IMG/VR virus record: IMGVR_UViG_2675903433_000022
Direction: 5' to 3' (one strand)
DNA: 64,000 bases
From: a virus
Taxonomy: Duplodnaviria; Heunggongvirae; Uroviricota; Caudoviricetes
The first letter of the stretch is position 1, and every line of letters begins with the position of its first letter. The translations under genes were made by a program, and so were the position numbers. This document shows, piece by piece, positions 1 to 9,083 of this stretch. A model generated the notes under the pieces. It was not told where the DNA came from and made no database searches. It worked only from the letters and a program-made list of their open reading frames with translations.

Positions 1-95
1 CGGCTACCGCAACTTTCCACTTTGACGCCTTATTCGTACAACGATAATTAACACCAACAAGAAAACAATTTGTTATTTACGATAAGGAATTAATC

Positions 96-578
96 ATGAA
101 TTTTATCGCTACTGTAAACGCACCCGCACATGGCAATATCGTTGTAACGTTCTCTGACATTGAAAAACGAGTACTTGGTGCCTGGCGTCACAATGAGACG
201 GTAGAACTGTCAGAACAAGAAAAATGCATTATTTCACGCGACATCATTGGCAATCGTCGTTACTCGCGGGTATTTGAGAAAGCGTATGTGGTAAATTCTG
301 GATTCGGAACGTTCGTCTTTCCGGTGCGCTCCGGGCGATTCTGCCAGTCCAAGCTGATTGAGTTCGCTACGCAGATTTCTGTCTGGATTAAAACTCAATC
401 GTCGTTCAAATTTTCCGACGATGAAGCAGTATCGCAGGGGATGCGGATCGCCAACAATGCGATTAAATGCAAAAACATTACGTATACCGCTGGCGTTGAT
501 ACATGGAAACTGTTTTGCGCTAACTTTATGCTGAATGTATACGCAAGCAACCGCATCCACATCCTTGATGGCGTGTAA
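96..578 (+). CDS. hypothetical protein (160 aa)
   Basis: Intact ORF followed by a hairpin and T-run; no motif recognised. Confidence 0.45.
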   Translation: MNFIATVNAPAHGNIVVTFSDIEKRVLGAWRHNETVELSEQEKCIISRDIIGNRRYSRVFEKAYVVNSGFGTFVFPVRSGRFCQSKLIEFATQISVWIKTQSSFKFSDDEAVSQGMRIANNAIKCKNITYTAGVDTWKLFCANFMLNVYASNRIHILDGV

Positions 579-582
579 CTGA

Positions 583-610
583 GAAGAGGGCCAGAAACGG
601 CCCTTTCTCT
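583..610 (+). terminator. rho-independent terminator-like hairpin
   Basis: GGGCC-agaaac-GGCCC stem followed by tttctct, directly after stop of ORF 96..578. Confidence 0.5.
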
Positions 611-1118
611 ATAGCCACCAGCTGCCGCAGGGAAATTTTCAGAAACGGCGAGGAACGCATTCATGAGCCGACGGGAAACGGCCAGGATTTTTTCGGGAAA
701 CGGCTGCATTCGCCTTTGTGTAGAAAAAAACATCGGGAAGCTGGTGGAATCCAACCAGCGGTTGTCGGACAGGTGAGCGGGGAAAATTATGATGACTTTC
801 GTCGCCTGAGACATCCAGATTTCTTTCGTAGCGTAATCACATACGTGATTAAGTGGTGTGATTATGTGAAAAATCACGCGCACATAATACGCGAGCGGAT
901 ACGGAACAAAACAAAATGCCGATCCGCGCCGACAATTAAACGCGGACACATAGCAAGAATAAAAGCCAATGATTAACCATACACCATAACGCAATATAAC
1001 GCGATTTAAGCGCGTTAATGCGCTAAGTAATGGGTATGTACTGGTAAGGATATAAAAGCGCGTCTATGGCGTTATTTTGGCGCTTATTTTTATGTTGTTG
1101 GCTTGAGTCAAAGACAAT

Positions 1119-1142
1119 AAAAAAAGCGCCATCATTGGCGCG
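1119..1142 (-). terminator. terminator-like hairpin (second of tandem pair)
   Basis: GCGCCA-tcat-TGGCGC palindrome with A-run on plus strand (T-run on minus), downstream of minus-strand operon. Confidence 0.45.
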
Positions 1143-1164
1143 TTATGGTGGAAGTATTGGAAAC

Positions 1165-1189
1165 GAAAAAAGCGCCCATAGTGGGCGCT
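1165..1189 (-). terminator. rho-independent terminator of minus-strand operon
   Basis: AGCGCCCATAGTGGGCGCT hairpin; on minus strand followed by TTTTTTCGTTT, immediately after stop of ORF 1195..1425. Confidence 0.55.
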
Positions 1190-1194
1190 CGATT

Positions 1195-1425
1195 TTATTT
1201 GTGTAAACTGATTTTAAATCCCATTTCTACAAACGCTTTTAACATTAAAAATATATCAGCGTCGTTCACGTCTGCTTTTTTTCGCTCCTGGTCGCTCAAT
1301 AAGTCAATTTTGCGCGTCGTTTCATCTATAAGCTCGACTGCGCGCCCAGCGTAACCAGCGATCCCAGCGATGCGATTAACATAATATTCATTATGGACGT
1401 TAACGCCAGCGATAAGAACAAACAT
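1195..1425 (-). CDS. hypothetical small protein (76 aa)
   Basis: ORF track; last gene of a three-gene minus operon bounded by terminators. Confidence 0.4.
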   Translation of the reverse strand: MFVLIAGVNVHNEYYVNRIAGIAGYAGRAVELIDETTRKIDLLSDQERKKADVNDADIFLMLKAFVEMGFKISLHK

Positions 1426-1444
1426 GATTAAGCTCCTTAAAAAA

Positions 1445-1648
1445 TTAAATAGAATTTTGAAGTTTTCCGATTAATGCGCTTAAACGTAAGTATTCACGTT
1501 TACGCTTGCAATCTCGCTTGTTGTTAAGCAAATCAGAAAACGTAAAATTTAATTGGTCGCGTTGCGCGATCAAATCATCGATTAATTCCAGTTTATAAGC
1601 GCGATACTTTGCGCGATATTCCGCGCGGATCTTGTCATAGCTGACCAT
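1445..1648 (-). CDS. hypothetical small basic protein (about 67 aa)
   Basis: ORF 1445..1693 trimmed to internal Met (MVSYDKI) preceded by AAAGGAG; the upstream part of the ORF overlaps a hairpin. Confidence 0.4.
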   Translation of the reverse strand: MVSYDKIRAEYRAKYRAYKLELIDDLIAQRDQLNFTFSDLLNNKRDCKRKREYLRLSALIGKLQNSI

Positions 1649-1666
1649 CTTTAAAGCTCCTTTAAA

Positions 1667-1685
1667 GCGCCCACTATGGGCGCTT
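1667..1685 (-). promoter_or_regulatory. intergenic hairpin, exact inverted copy of hairpin at 1171..1189
   Basis: AGCGCCCACTATGGGCGCT is the reverse complement of the 1171..1189 hairpin; sits between two minus-strand genes just upstream of an RBS. Confidence 0.4.
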
Positions 1686-1696
1686 GATTCCATTAA

Positions 1697-2347
1697 TTAC
1701 GCTTTGAAAGCATCAGCTAAATAATTGTAGAAATCATTTTTAATGAAGCGATATTGCTGAGTACCAGCTTTCGCACTCCCAGCTCCTTTGACTTTTTCAA
1801 CAAGTCCAAGACGTTCGCAAAGATTGATCAACTGGTTGGCTTGAGTATAGCCAGCGTCCAATTTAATTTCACACGCTTTTTTAGCTTCATTCATTAAATC
1901 GAAAACAGCGCCATTGGTGAACGTGTCGATCTCGTCGTTAATCATATCGATTAAAGCGAATACACGAGATCCAGACATATCAGCGATGGAATAAACGCAT
2001 TTACCAGATTTAATTGATTTAACCAGATAAACCAGTTTTTCCAGAGAATAACTATTAGTCATTGCATCACGGAAAAATACTTCTGGCGCTTGTTTGCTTG
2101 CTTTAATCGCATAGTAGAAAACAGAGCATAATTTTTCGTCTTCAACAGCGTTTACAACGTTGTTGATGAAGTAAGCAAGTTTAGTGGTCGCAGCTTGCAT
2201 ATTTGCTTTGTCTGCTTTAGTGTGCGTACCATTTTTATAATGTTCGTTATATGTTTGAGTTGCCAGATCTGCTTTTTCGCGCAGTTCATCGGATACAATG
2301 GAAGCAGCTTCAATGATGGATTTTTTAGAAATGATAATGTTAGCCAT
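1697..2347 (-). CDS. hypothetical protein (216 aa)
   Basis: Intact ORF; first gene of minus operon downstream of an AT-rich region at 2348..2580. Confidence 0.5.
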   Translation of the reverse strand: MANIIISKKSIIEAASIVSDELREKADLATQTYNEHYKNGTHTKADKANMQAATTKLAYFINNVVNAVEDEKLCSVFYYAIKASKQAPEVFFRDAMTNSYSLEKLVYLVKSIKSGKCVYSIADMSGSRVFALIDMINDEIDTFTNGAVFDLMNEAKKACEIKLDAGYTQANQLINLCERLGLVEKVKGAGSAKAGTQQYRFIKNDFYNYLADAFKA

Positions 2348-2585
2348 GATAATTTTTCCTTATGTAAATTTAAAATTTATTGTCGTTAGCGTCTTCGCTT
2401 TCGACGAGTTCAATTATCGATACACGAAAAAAGATTGCAAGTGTTTTTTTAAAATTTTTTGCAGGGATGAAAGTCCTAGAAATAAAAGCGAGATCGTCGA
2501 AGGTGTTCCCTAAATAAATAATCGATTCCGACTTTCGACCTTATATATATTTAGATTATTTGATTTATAGATATAAAGAAGTGAT

Positions 2586-2615
2586 GTGAAAAATAATAAC
2601 CGGACTTAGCCGGTT
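2586..2615 (-). terminator. rho-independent terminator
   Basis: AACCGGACTTAGCCGGTT hairpin with T-run on minus strand, just after stop of ORF 2631..2939. Confidence 0.5.
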
Positions 2616-2630
2616 ATTAACCTTATAGAT

Positions 2631-2939
2631 TTATTGAACAGACTCTACAGCCTTACGATTGGTGTCAAATAGCGCATCAACGAACTGTGCCGATGACTCG
2701 CTAGATTCGCAATCCAACATTGCCCGTTCTTCATTTGCCACTTTCTTACACAGTTCCACATTCTCACCTATCGCTTTTCCTGCTTTTACGGCTGCCGAAA
2801 ATTGATACATGCAAACTGATACATTCTGAGACGTTGAGCACACGTCATTCATCAGCGACTGAATGACAGGCTTATAGTCCATTGCATTTGCCGCAACTGA
2901 GCAAAGTAAAAATAATGGTGGTAACAATATCGATTTCAT
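2631..2939 (-). CDS. secreted cysteine-rich small protein (102 aa)
   Basis: N-terminal signal peptide MKSILLPPLFLLCSVAANA; six Cys in mature part. Confidence 0.5.
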   Translation of the reverse strand: MKSILLPPLFLLCSVAANAMDYKPVIQSLMNDVCSTSQNVSVCMYQFSAAVKAGKAIGENVELCKKVANEERAMLDCESSESSAQFVDALFDTNRKAVESVQ

Positions 2940-2942
2940 AAC

Positions 2943-3467
2943 TCAAAAAGGCAAAATTCGCTCAACCCAATCGAACAAAACAACTATTTTTCTACCGTTC
3001 TCGACACGTAGTGTAACCTGACAAGCATCTGCGCCTGCTGACACTCCCTCAATTTCACGGCCATCCGCCATGTACACCCTTATAGATTTGTTTGCTTTGT
3101 AGGCTTGGTTGCAAATTGCAAAAAAATCGCGGCGTGATGGCCGATTATCGACATAATCAGGGTGAACTGTTAGTCGACCTTTGAAATCGTGAGCGATACT
3201 GTCAACCACACCTGATTCAATTGTACTAATGCGTTCAAGTGGGAGCCTTATACGATTTTCTTTATCAAAAGGGGCTGGGCAAAGGTCAACTTTGTTACGA
3301 GATGGCATGAGGCCATAAACGTACATGCAAAACGCCTGGCCATCTTCGAGAGTGACCCTTACAGGAATTTGTTCTCTGCGCCAGAACATCAGTAGTTTTT
3401 CAACGTTAGTGTAATCTCGCGGCCAGAGTTCAGCTTGGATACCGTAGGTAATATCTTTGGTTGTCAT
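2943..3467 (-). CDS. hypothetical protein (about 175 aa)
   Basis: ORF 2943..3545 trimmed to internal Met (MTTKD) to avoid overlap with upstream gene; no motif recognised. Confidence 0.4.
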   Translation of the reverse strand: MTTKDITYGIQAELWPRDYTNVEKLLMFWRREQIPVRVTLEDGQAFCMYVYGLMPSRNKVDLCPAPFDKENRIRLPLERISTIESGVVDSIAHDFKGRLTVHPDYVDNRPSRRDFFAICNQAYKANKSIRVYMADGREIEGVSAGADACQVTLRVENGRKIVVLFDWVERILPF

Positions 3468-3471
3468 GTCA

Positions 3472-3936
3472 TCACAGAGTTGTTGGCAGAATGTCGATGT
3501 CACCAGAATTGCTGGTGAACACCCTGAACGCTTTTGTGTCTCCATTCTTCAGAGTCGTTTCTCGCTCTTGACGAGCGGGGTTTAGAGCACATAAACCTGC
3601 ACCTTCAAGAGATGCACCCACAATTAATTCTCCGGCATTTAAATGGAAAGTCGCTTTTTCGCCTGTAGCCAGTTTTGCGACAGTTTCGCCGTTGATGAAA
3701 ATGGAAGCATCACATCCAGCTCCTACAAAACCTGTGTCTCTCATTACCACCAACGTAGCTGGCGCTGCGCTTTGATACTTGAACACTTTGGCCTGCGGTG
3801 CTGGTTTGGCGTCATGGATTGATATTGGGCGTGATTGGCACGCGGTAAGCATCAACACTGGTAACGTTAGTAGAGGGAGAAGCGAGTATTTCATGATAGT
3901 TTTAGAACAGAAAGTGAACAGTATGGGAGACTTCAT
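3472..3936 (-). CDS. putative lipoprotein
   Basis: Lipobox LTAC after hydrophobic stretch LLPLLTLPVLML; AGGGAGA RBS before ATG at 3936; alternative start at 3894 (MKYSLL). Confidence 0.5.
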   Translation of the reverse strand: MKSPILFTFCSKTIMKYSLLPLLTLPVLMLTACQSRPISIHDAKPAPQAKVFKYQSAAPATLVVMRDTGFVGAGCDASIFINGETVAKLATGEKATFHLNAGELIVGASLEGAGLCALNPARQERETTLKNGDTKAFRVFTSNSGDIDILPTTL

Positions 3937-3962
3937 CTTTGTCTCCCTAATTGATAGCGTGA

Positions 3963-4241
3963 TTATTTTAATCTGCTTAATAGCGTTTCGAGATCTTCCT
4001 TTGTCATATTAGAGTTCTCATAGATACGCATGATTTTCTCACGAGTCTTAGCGGAAGCCCCGACAGAAGATATAACCTTGTCAAAGTCGGCCATTGTCAA
4101 TTGTTCCAGAATGGTATTTATGACTTCAGCCTTAGACATTTTGATATTTTTTTCTTTTAGTTTCACTTGAAACTTTCCAAGTTTGTCATTGGCCTTATCA
4201 GACAATGCTACCTGACAATAAGTTGTTTTCTTTTCACTCAT
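3963..4241 (-). CDS. small protein, possibly ribbon-helix-helix DNA binding (92 aa)
   Basis: Lys-rich small protein immediately downstream of and in operon with the helicase; RHH assignment is a guess from composition. Confidence 0.35.
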   Translation of the reverse strand: MSEKKTTYCQVALSDKANDKLGKFQVKLKEKNIKMSKAEVINTILEQLTMADFDKVISSVGASAKTREKIMRIYENSNMTKEDLETLLSRLK

Positions 4242-4243
4242 AA

Positions 4244-5803
4244 CTAATCTCGTTTCAGAACTCCAAAATCGAATGCTCCATCAATAGGCAATACACCTTC
4301 TGCAAAGCCAGGTGTGGTGTCGATGATGTGTTTTCGCTCATAAGAGTGAGACAACAGGTATTTGTTGCTAATGTCAATGAAATCAGTGATAAAACACACG
4401 TTTGCCTGATTTTTTTTGGCTCGTAAGCCACGACCGACACGCTGCCTCATTTCAACTTCTGCTTTCCCACCACCAGCAAGAATGACCGCACCAACGCTTG
4501 GCACATCAACACCGACATCCAGAATAGTCGAGCCTATTAAAACATCTATTTCTCCAGACGCTAAACTGTTCAGCTTTGCTTGCCTTGTCGCCTGGTTAGA
4601 TTCCCCATAGATGAAGTCAACTCTAAGGCCGGACTCTTTCATCATTTCCATCAGGATTTGCCCGTGGCGTTTAAGACGAACCAGAGTCATACAATTGAGA
4701 GAATGTTGCTTATAGAGCAATGCTTCGCGAACAATGGCCTCGTTACGTCCCAAATTATACACGATCCCCAACTGATAAGCCTTTTGGTAGGCGGTGCTCA
4801 TACCAACTCTAAAATTGAGGTGTTTGTTGGCAAGTTCGGCCTTGATTCTGGCCTCGTCTGGCTTGTAGGCAACTTTATGATAAAGGAAGTACGGCTTTGC
4901 CAGAATGCCTCGATCAATCAGGTACTTTTCTGTGACTTTAATTTCAATTCGCCCGGCCACCGCCATCAGGCGCATGTTGGCTTCCGTCGAATCCTTCATG
5001 AACGGCGTGGCTGTAAGCGCCAGACGATAGTCTGCGTTCACACATAATCTGGCGATGTCATAGAAATTTGAGCCTGAAGACTCATGCGCCTCTTCCAGAA
5101 TAAGAAGAGAGACACTTGAAAGGAAGCGTTTCACCAACTCCCGACGTTTGAGGTGGTAGCTTTTCTTATCTGGTGTTGCATCGCGTGGTGGTTCTTCGAG
5201 GAAACTTGCAAGAGTTTGAACTGTAGCGACGTTGATATGTCGTGATACCTGGAACTCACCCGAGCCAATGACTCCAACCTTTTGGTCTTTTAACCACGGT
5301 TCGCCATTTTCGGCGCGGTAGTCGATGGATCTCTGGAAGTTTTCGGCCATTTGAAACATCAGAACAGAGCGGGTTGTTAAAAATAATGTCATTCGACCGA
5401 TACGTGCAGCTGCTTTGCAGGCAACGTTAGATTTCCCGCCACCAGTAGCGATCTGCGCAATCATCATTCCCTCTCGAACCAGTGTTTCCACAGTCTGATC
5501 CTGATACGCATAATCAGGATTGTATGGGAATGGGTTAACCGCCGGATTTGGTTTACCAAGCGCCGGGGCTTTGTCTTTGCGGATATGAACACATTTGATG
5601 CCCGCCTTGTTCAAGTTCGCCGCTACAGGCTTGGCAAAGCCAGCAGGGAACGAGTTTTTACTCCAGTTGAACATCGTGCTTGTGCCCTTCCAGTCGCCAG
5701 TCTCGACTTCGTAGCTCAACATTTGCTGCACCAGTTGCTTTACCTTGTCATCTGCGCCAGAAATAAGCGCATTTACTGCGTTAGATACAATCCGAACAGT
5801 CAT
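4244..5803 (-). CDS. SF2 DEAH-like helicase (519 aa)
   Basis: Motif I ATGGGKS, motif II LILEEAHES, motif III LTATPF, motif VI QRVGRGLR. Confidence 0.8.
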   Translation of the reverse strand: MTVRIVSNAVNALISGADDKVKQLVQQMLSYEVETGDWKGTSTMFNWSKNSFPAGFAKPVAANLNKAGIKCVHIRKDKAPALGKPNPAVNPFPYNPDYAYQDQTVETLVREGMMIAQIATGGGKSNVACKAAARIGRMTLFLTTRSVLMFQMAENFQRSIDYRAENGEPWLKDQKVGVIGSGEFQVSRHINVATVQTLASFLEEPPRDATPDKKSYHLKRRELVKRFLSSVSLLILEEAHESSGSNFYDIARLCVNADYRLALTATPFMKDSTEANMRLMAVAGRIEIKVTEKYLIDRGILAKPYFLYHKVAYKPDEARIKAELANKHLNFRVGMSTAYQKAYQLGIVYNLGRNEAIVREALLYKQHSLNCMTLVRLKRHGQILMEMMKESGLRVDFIYGESNQATRQAKLNSLASGEIDVLIGSTILDVGVDVPSVGAVILAGGGKAEVEMRQRVGRGLRAKKNQANVCFITDFIDISNKYLLSHSYERKHIIDTTPGFAEGVLPIDGAFDFGVLKRD

Positions 5804-5848
5804 AAACCTCTTTCCTTAGTGCCTTTTGTATGTTATTTGGCTATTATA

Positions 5849-5868
5849 ATAAGTAAGTGATTACTTAG
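5849..5868. promoter_or_regulatory. palindromic motif site ATAAGTAAGTGATTACTTAG
   Basis: TAAGTAA / TTACTTA inverted arms in divergent region between helicase and ParB-like operon. Confidence 0.4.
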
Positions 5869-6566
5869 TGGATTGTAGCAATAAAATGGATGTAAAAATC
5901 ACGATTTTGCAGGTTGATGTTGCCAACCTTCGCCCGAATACCTGGAACACCAATTCGGTTGGTGCGCAGAATTTTGAAAAACTGAAAGGTTCTATCGAAA
6001 AATTGGGCTTTTTTAAGCCAATTTTGGCTCGTGAACTTGAAGATGGATTTTTTGAAATCCTCGGCGGCGAACATCGCTGGCGTGCTGCTATTGAGCAAGG
6101 AATTTCAACGGTTCCGGTGCTTTCTGTGGGCAAAATTAGCGATGTCGTAGCTAAACAGATGTCACTGGTGGACAACGAGCGATACGGTGAAGACGACCAA
6201 ATCGCATTGCAACGCTTCATTGAAGAAATTCAGTCAGAACTTGACTATCAACTGTCTGAAATCGCCCCGTATGACGACGAAATCTCGATGGTTTTAGCAA
6301 AAGAGGCGGCAATCGACCTTGAAGCACTGGAGGCGTTGTCTCGTGGTAGTGATGAGCCTGTCGATACCGACAAACGAGAGAAAACCGAACGTGTGGGGGC
6401 GGAACATCAGACCATGCGCTTCAAAGTAACTTTCGATGCGTCAGATCGTGTTGCAGAAACCATAAAAAACATCATCAAAGAGCAGGCTATTAACACCGGT
6501 AATGAAATGGAGAACGCTGGTGAGGCTCTGGTGTGGCTGGTCGACTACTACAAGGAGCGTATGTAA
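5868..6566 (+). CDS. ParB/Srx-like N-terminal domain protein
   Basis: ParB box GGEHRWRAA; acidic C-terminal half; true start may be ATG at 5886. Confidence 0.65.
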   Translation: MDCSNKMDVKITILQVDVANLRPNTWNTNSVGAQNFEKLKGSIEKLGFFKPILARELEDGFFEILGGEHRWRAAIEQGISTVPVLSVGKISDVVAKQMSLVDNERYGEDDQIALQRFIEEIQSELDYQLSEIAPYDDEISMVLAKEAAIDLEALEALSRGSDEPVDTDKREKTERVGAEHQTMRFKVTFDASDRVAETIKNIIKEQAINTGNEMENAGEALVWLVDYYKERM

Positions 6567-7234
6567 TGACCAAAAAGTTTGAAATCGTATATCGCGACCC
6601 GGCAGATCTTATTCCCTATGAGATGAATGCCAAAAAGCATGATGAACAGCAGATCCGAGATCTGGCCGCAGCCATTAAAAAGCGCGGATTTGACCAGCCA
6701 ATTACGGTCGATAAGAACGACGTAATTATTACTGGCCACGGCCGCCGTGAGGCTGCAATTTTTGCTGGACTTGAGCGCGTGCCGGTTATTGTTCGCGATG
6801 ATCTCAGTGATGACGAGGTTCGTGCGAAGCGCCTTGAAGATAACCGACTTGCCAGCATTGATTACGATGCAATTAAGCTACAGAAAGAGCTTGAGTCGCT
6901 TGTTCTGGACGATATCGAGGTTTTCGGCTTTGAAGAGCGTGAGTTGAATGTTCTCGTTGGCAGTATGACAGAAGAAATGGACACCGACTCGCTAGTTATC
7001 GATCTTGGCGAAGAAACTAAACGACAGAAGGATGAACACACCGAGATCAGTCGCGAAGTTGCAGCGGAAGAAGTACGTGTTGTCGACGTATTGGGCTTTA
7101 AAACGCTTCCTGCTGGCTCTGCCATTGTTGTTGGTGATTTGCTTGCCCACATGGAAGAAATGACGGGAGAGAGCGGGGTAGACGCATTTGTGGCATATGC
7201 GGAGAAGATCTCTTCCGGGGAGATGGCTGCATGA
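6566..7234 (+). CDS. ParB/Srx-like N-terminal domain protein (second copy)
   Basis: ParB box GHGRREAA; start overlaps previous stop (TAATG). Confidence 0.65.
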   Translation: MTKKFEIVYRDPADLIPYEMNAKKHDEQQIRDLAAAIKKRGFDQPITVDKNDVIITGHGRREAAIFAGLERVPVIVRDDLSDDEVRAKRLEDNRLASIDYDAIKLQKELESLVLDDIEVFGFEERELNVLVGSMTEEMDTDSLVIDLGEETKRQKDEHTEISREVAAEEVRVVDVLGFKTLPAGSAIVVGDLLAHMEEMTGESGVDAFVAYAEKISSGEMAA

Positions 7235-7896
7235 GCAAATACATCATCAACGTATCGTTTCAGACTCGCGTAAATAAAACCACGCGCACATTGGAAATCG
7301 CTGAGTCGTTCGGGCTTGGCCTGGACGAAAAAGAGTGGACGCTTTACGACAATCTGGAGCTGGAAGTGAAGCAGGGCGATGTGGTGTACATCACCGGCCA
7401 ATCCGGTTCCGGCAAATCCGTTGTGCTGCGCGAGTTGCAACGACAGATGAAGGATGAAGGGCTGTCTGTAGCCTCCATCGATGATTTTACCTTCGATAAT
7501 GAGGTTAACGTCATCGATCAGTTGGGCAAAACGACCAGTGATGCGCTTGGGTTGTTATCTATGGCTGGTCTGAACGATGCATATCTGTTTGTTCGCAAGC
7601 CTTCTGAAATGTCAGACGGCCAGAAATATCGTCTCAAGATTGCCAAACTGATTGAGTCAGGCGCTAAAGTGTGGGCTGCTGACGAGTTCGGCGCTGTTCT
7701 CGACCGTGTAACCGCTCAGGTTGTGGCGTCTAACCTCCAGCGTGCCGCTCGAAAGGTTGGTGCGACGGTAATGGTGGCGACGACTCACGAAGACCTGAAG
7801 AACGCGCTGCGCCCGGATATGCAGATCACCAAGCACTACAAAGAACGCGTGAAGGTGGAATATCACAATGGTAGTCATGATGAGGTCCATTCATGA
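7231..7896 (+). CDS. ABC-type ATPase domain protein (221 aa)
   Basis: Walker A GQSGSGKS, signature-like SDGQKYR, Walker B VWAADEFGA, H-loop TTHED; ATGA overlap with upstream gene. Confidence 0.6.
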   Translation: MSKYIINVSFQTRVNKTTRTLEIAESFGLGLDEKEWTLYDNLELEVKQGDVVYITGQSGSGKSVVLRELQRQMKDEGLSVASIDDFTFDNEVNVIDQLGKTTSDALGLLSMAGLNDAYLFVRKPSEMSDGQKYRLKIAKLIESGAKVWAADEFGAVLDRVTAQVVASNLQRAARKVGATVMVATTHEDLKNALRPDMQITKHYKERVKVEYHNGSHDEVHS

Positions 7897-8783
7897 CGGA
7901 CATCATCATTAAACGCTACCGCCCTGAAGAGTTTCCGCGTCATCTGGACTTTCTGGAGCGAATGACTGTTACAAAGGGAACTGTAGAGGACTGGCACGCT
8001 CTTAAGTCGCTTCACTACAAAACAGACGGCAAACCTTTCGCGCCAACTTACTATCGCTGCGAACTTGATGACCGTCTGGTGGGCGTCGTGGTTATGGCTT
8101 ACCCGAAACTACTGTTGGCACCTCGCCACCGCATGTTTCCTAAGTTGAAACCAACCACTAATACCACCGTGGCTAACCAGTACTGGGGTCGGTACGTGAA
8201 TAACAACTTTGCGGTGATCAGTCGCTCAGTTGTGGATACTCAGTATCGTGGCGTAGGCGTCTCTTATCGAATGATTAACCTGGTTAGCAGGATGCATGAC
8301 CGGCCAATCATTGAGATCCAGTCCTCGATGAGCAAATACAATCCCTTCGCCATGAAAGCAGGGTTTAAGTTCATCCGCCCTGAGCGACCGAAGAGCTATG
8401 AAAGTGCACTGCGTGTATTCCAGCGCCATTTCCGTTCCGACCCGGGTGATAACGAGGCGATCGTCAAAGAGTTGTTCGCAATGAGCGAGTCTCGTCGTCG
8501 CCGTGCACTGCGTGATCTGGTGGCGGACTACCACAAGAACAGTTCCCTGGCAAAAGCTGGGCGGAATCGTGGCACTACGATTCAGGACATTGCCGACAGT
8601 CTGGTGGACGAGGCCAGCATTGTGAAGCTGCTCAAGGACATTCACAACCTGAGCTTTACGTCTCCGTTGTATGGTGTGTACCGAAACCCTGACTTTGGCC
8701 GTCGACTGCCTGACACGCTGCCACTGCTGGCATTCGACAAACAACCTTTGGATAAACCGTTAGAAATTGCTTTACCGGCATAA
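7893..8783 (+). CDS. GNAT-fold acetyltransferase-like protein with C-terminal extension
   Basis: Motif resembling acetyl-CoA binding (VVDTQYRGVGVSYRM) and NPFAMKAGFKFI; ATGA overlap with upstream gene. Confidence 0.4.
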   Translation: MTDIIIKRYRPEEFPRHLDFLERMTVTKGTVEDWHALKSLHYKTDGKPFAPTYYRCELDDRLVGVVVMAYPKLLLAPRHRMFPKLKPTTNTTVANQYWGRYVNNNFAVISRSVVDTQYRGVGVSYRMINLVSRMHDRPIIEIQSSMSKYNPFAMKAGFKFIRPERPKSYESALRVFQRHFRSDPGDNEAIVKELFAMSESRRRRALRDLVADYHKNSSLAKAGRNRGTTIQDIADSLVDEASIVKLLKDIHNLSFTSPLYGVYRNPDFGRRLPDTLPLLAFDKQPLDKPLEIALPA

Positions 8784-8792
8784 GGATTTGCC

Positions 8793-9059
8793 ATGACGTT
8801 AACCGACAAACAAAAGGACATCATCAAAACGCTCAATCTCGGTTATGAGCGAGGTCATCTACTTGATCTGGACGAATTGCTTGAAGTTTTGCCGTACAAG
8901 ACAACCAAGCAAAGTATCCAGTTCTCAATTCGCGCTCTGATAAAAAAGGGGCTGGTGGAGAAAGGGCATACGCGCCAACGCAGTGACAATCGCTATCACC
9001 GCCGGACTCTTGGGTTAACCACTTTAGGTCGAGCCAAAGCGAAGTTACTGGTGATGTAA
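8793..9059 (+). CDS. small basic protein, possible winged-helix (88 aa)
   Basis: ORF track; 9 bp after previous gene; basic C-terminus. Confidence 0.35.
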   Translation: MTLTDKQKDIIKTLNLGYERGHLLDLDELLEVLPYKTTKQSIQFSIRALIKKGLVEKGHTRQRSDNRYHRRTLGLTTLGRAKAKLLVM

Positions 9060-9083
9060 TCGGTCTGGGAGCTTATTTAAAGA

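Noticed and set aside
395-994. 199-aa minus-strand ORF overlapping ORF 96..578 and its terminator
   Set aside because: It overlaps a plus-strand gene with better context and runs through hairpin-rich non-coding DNA.
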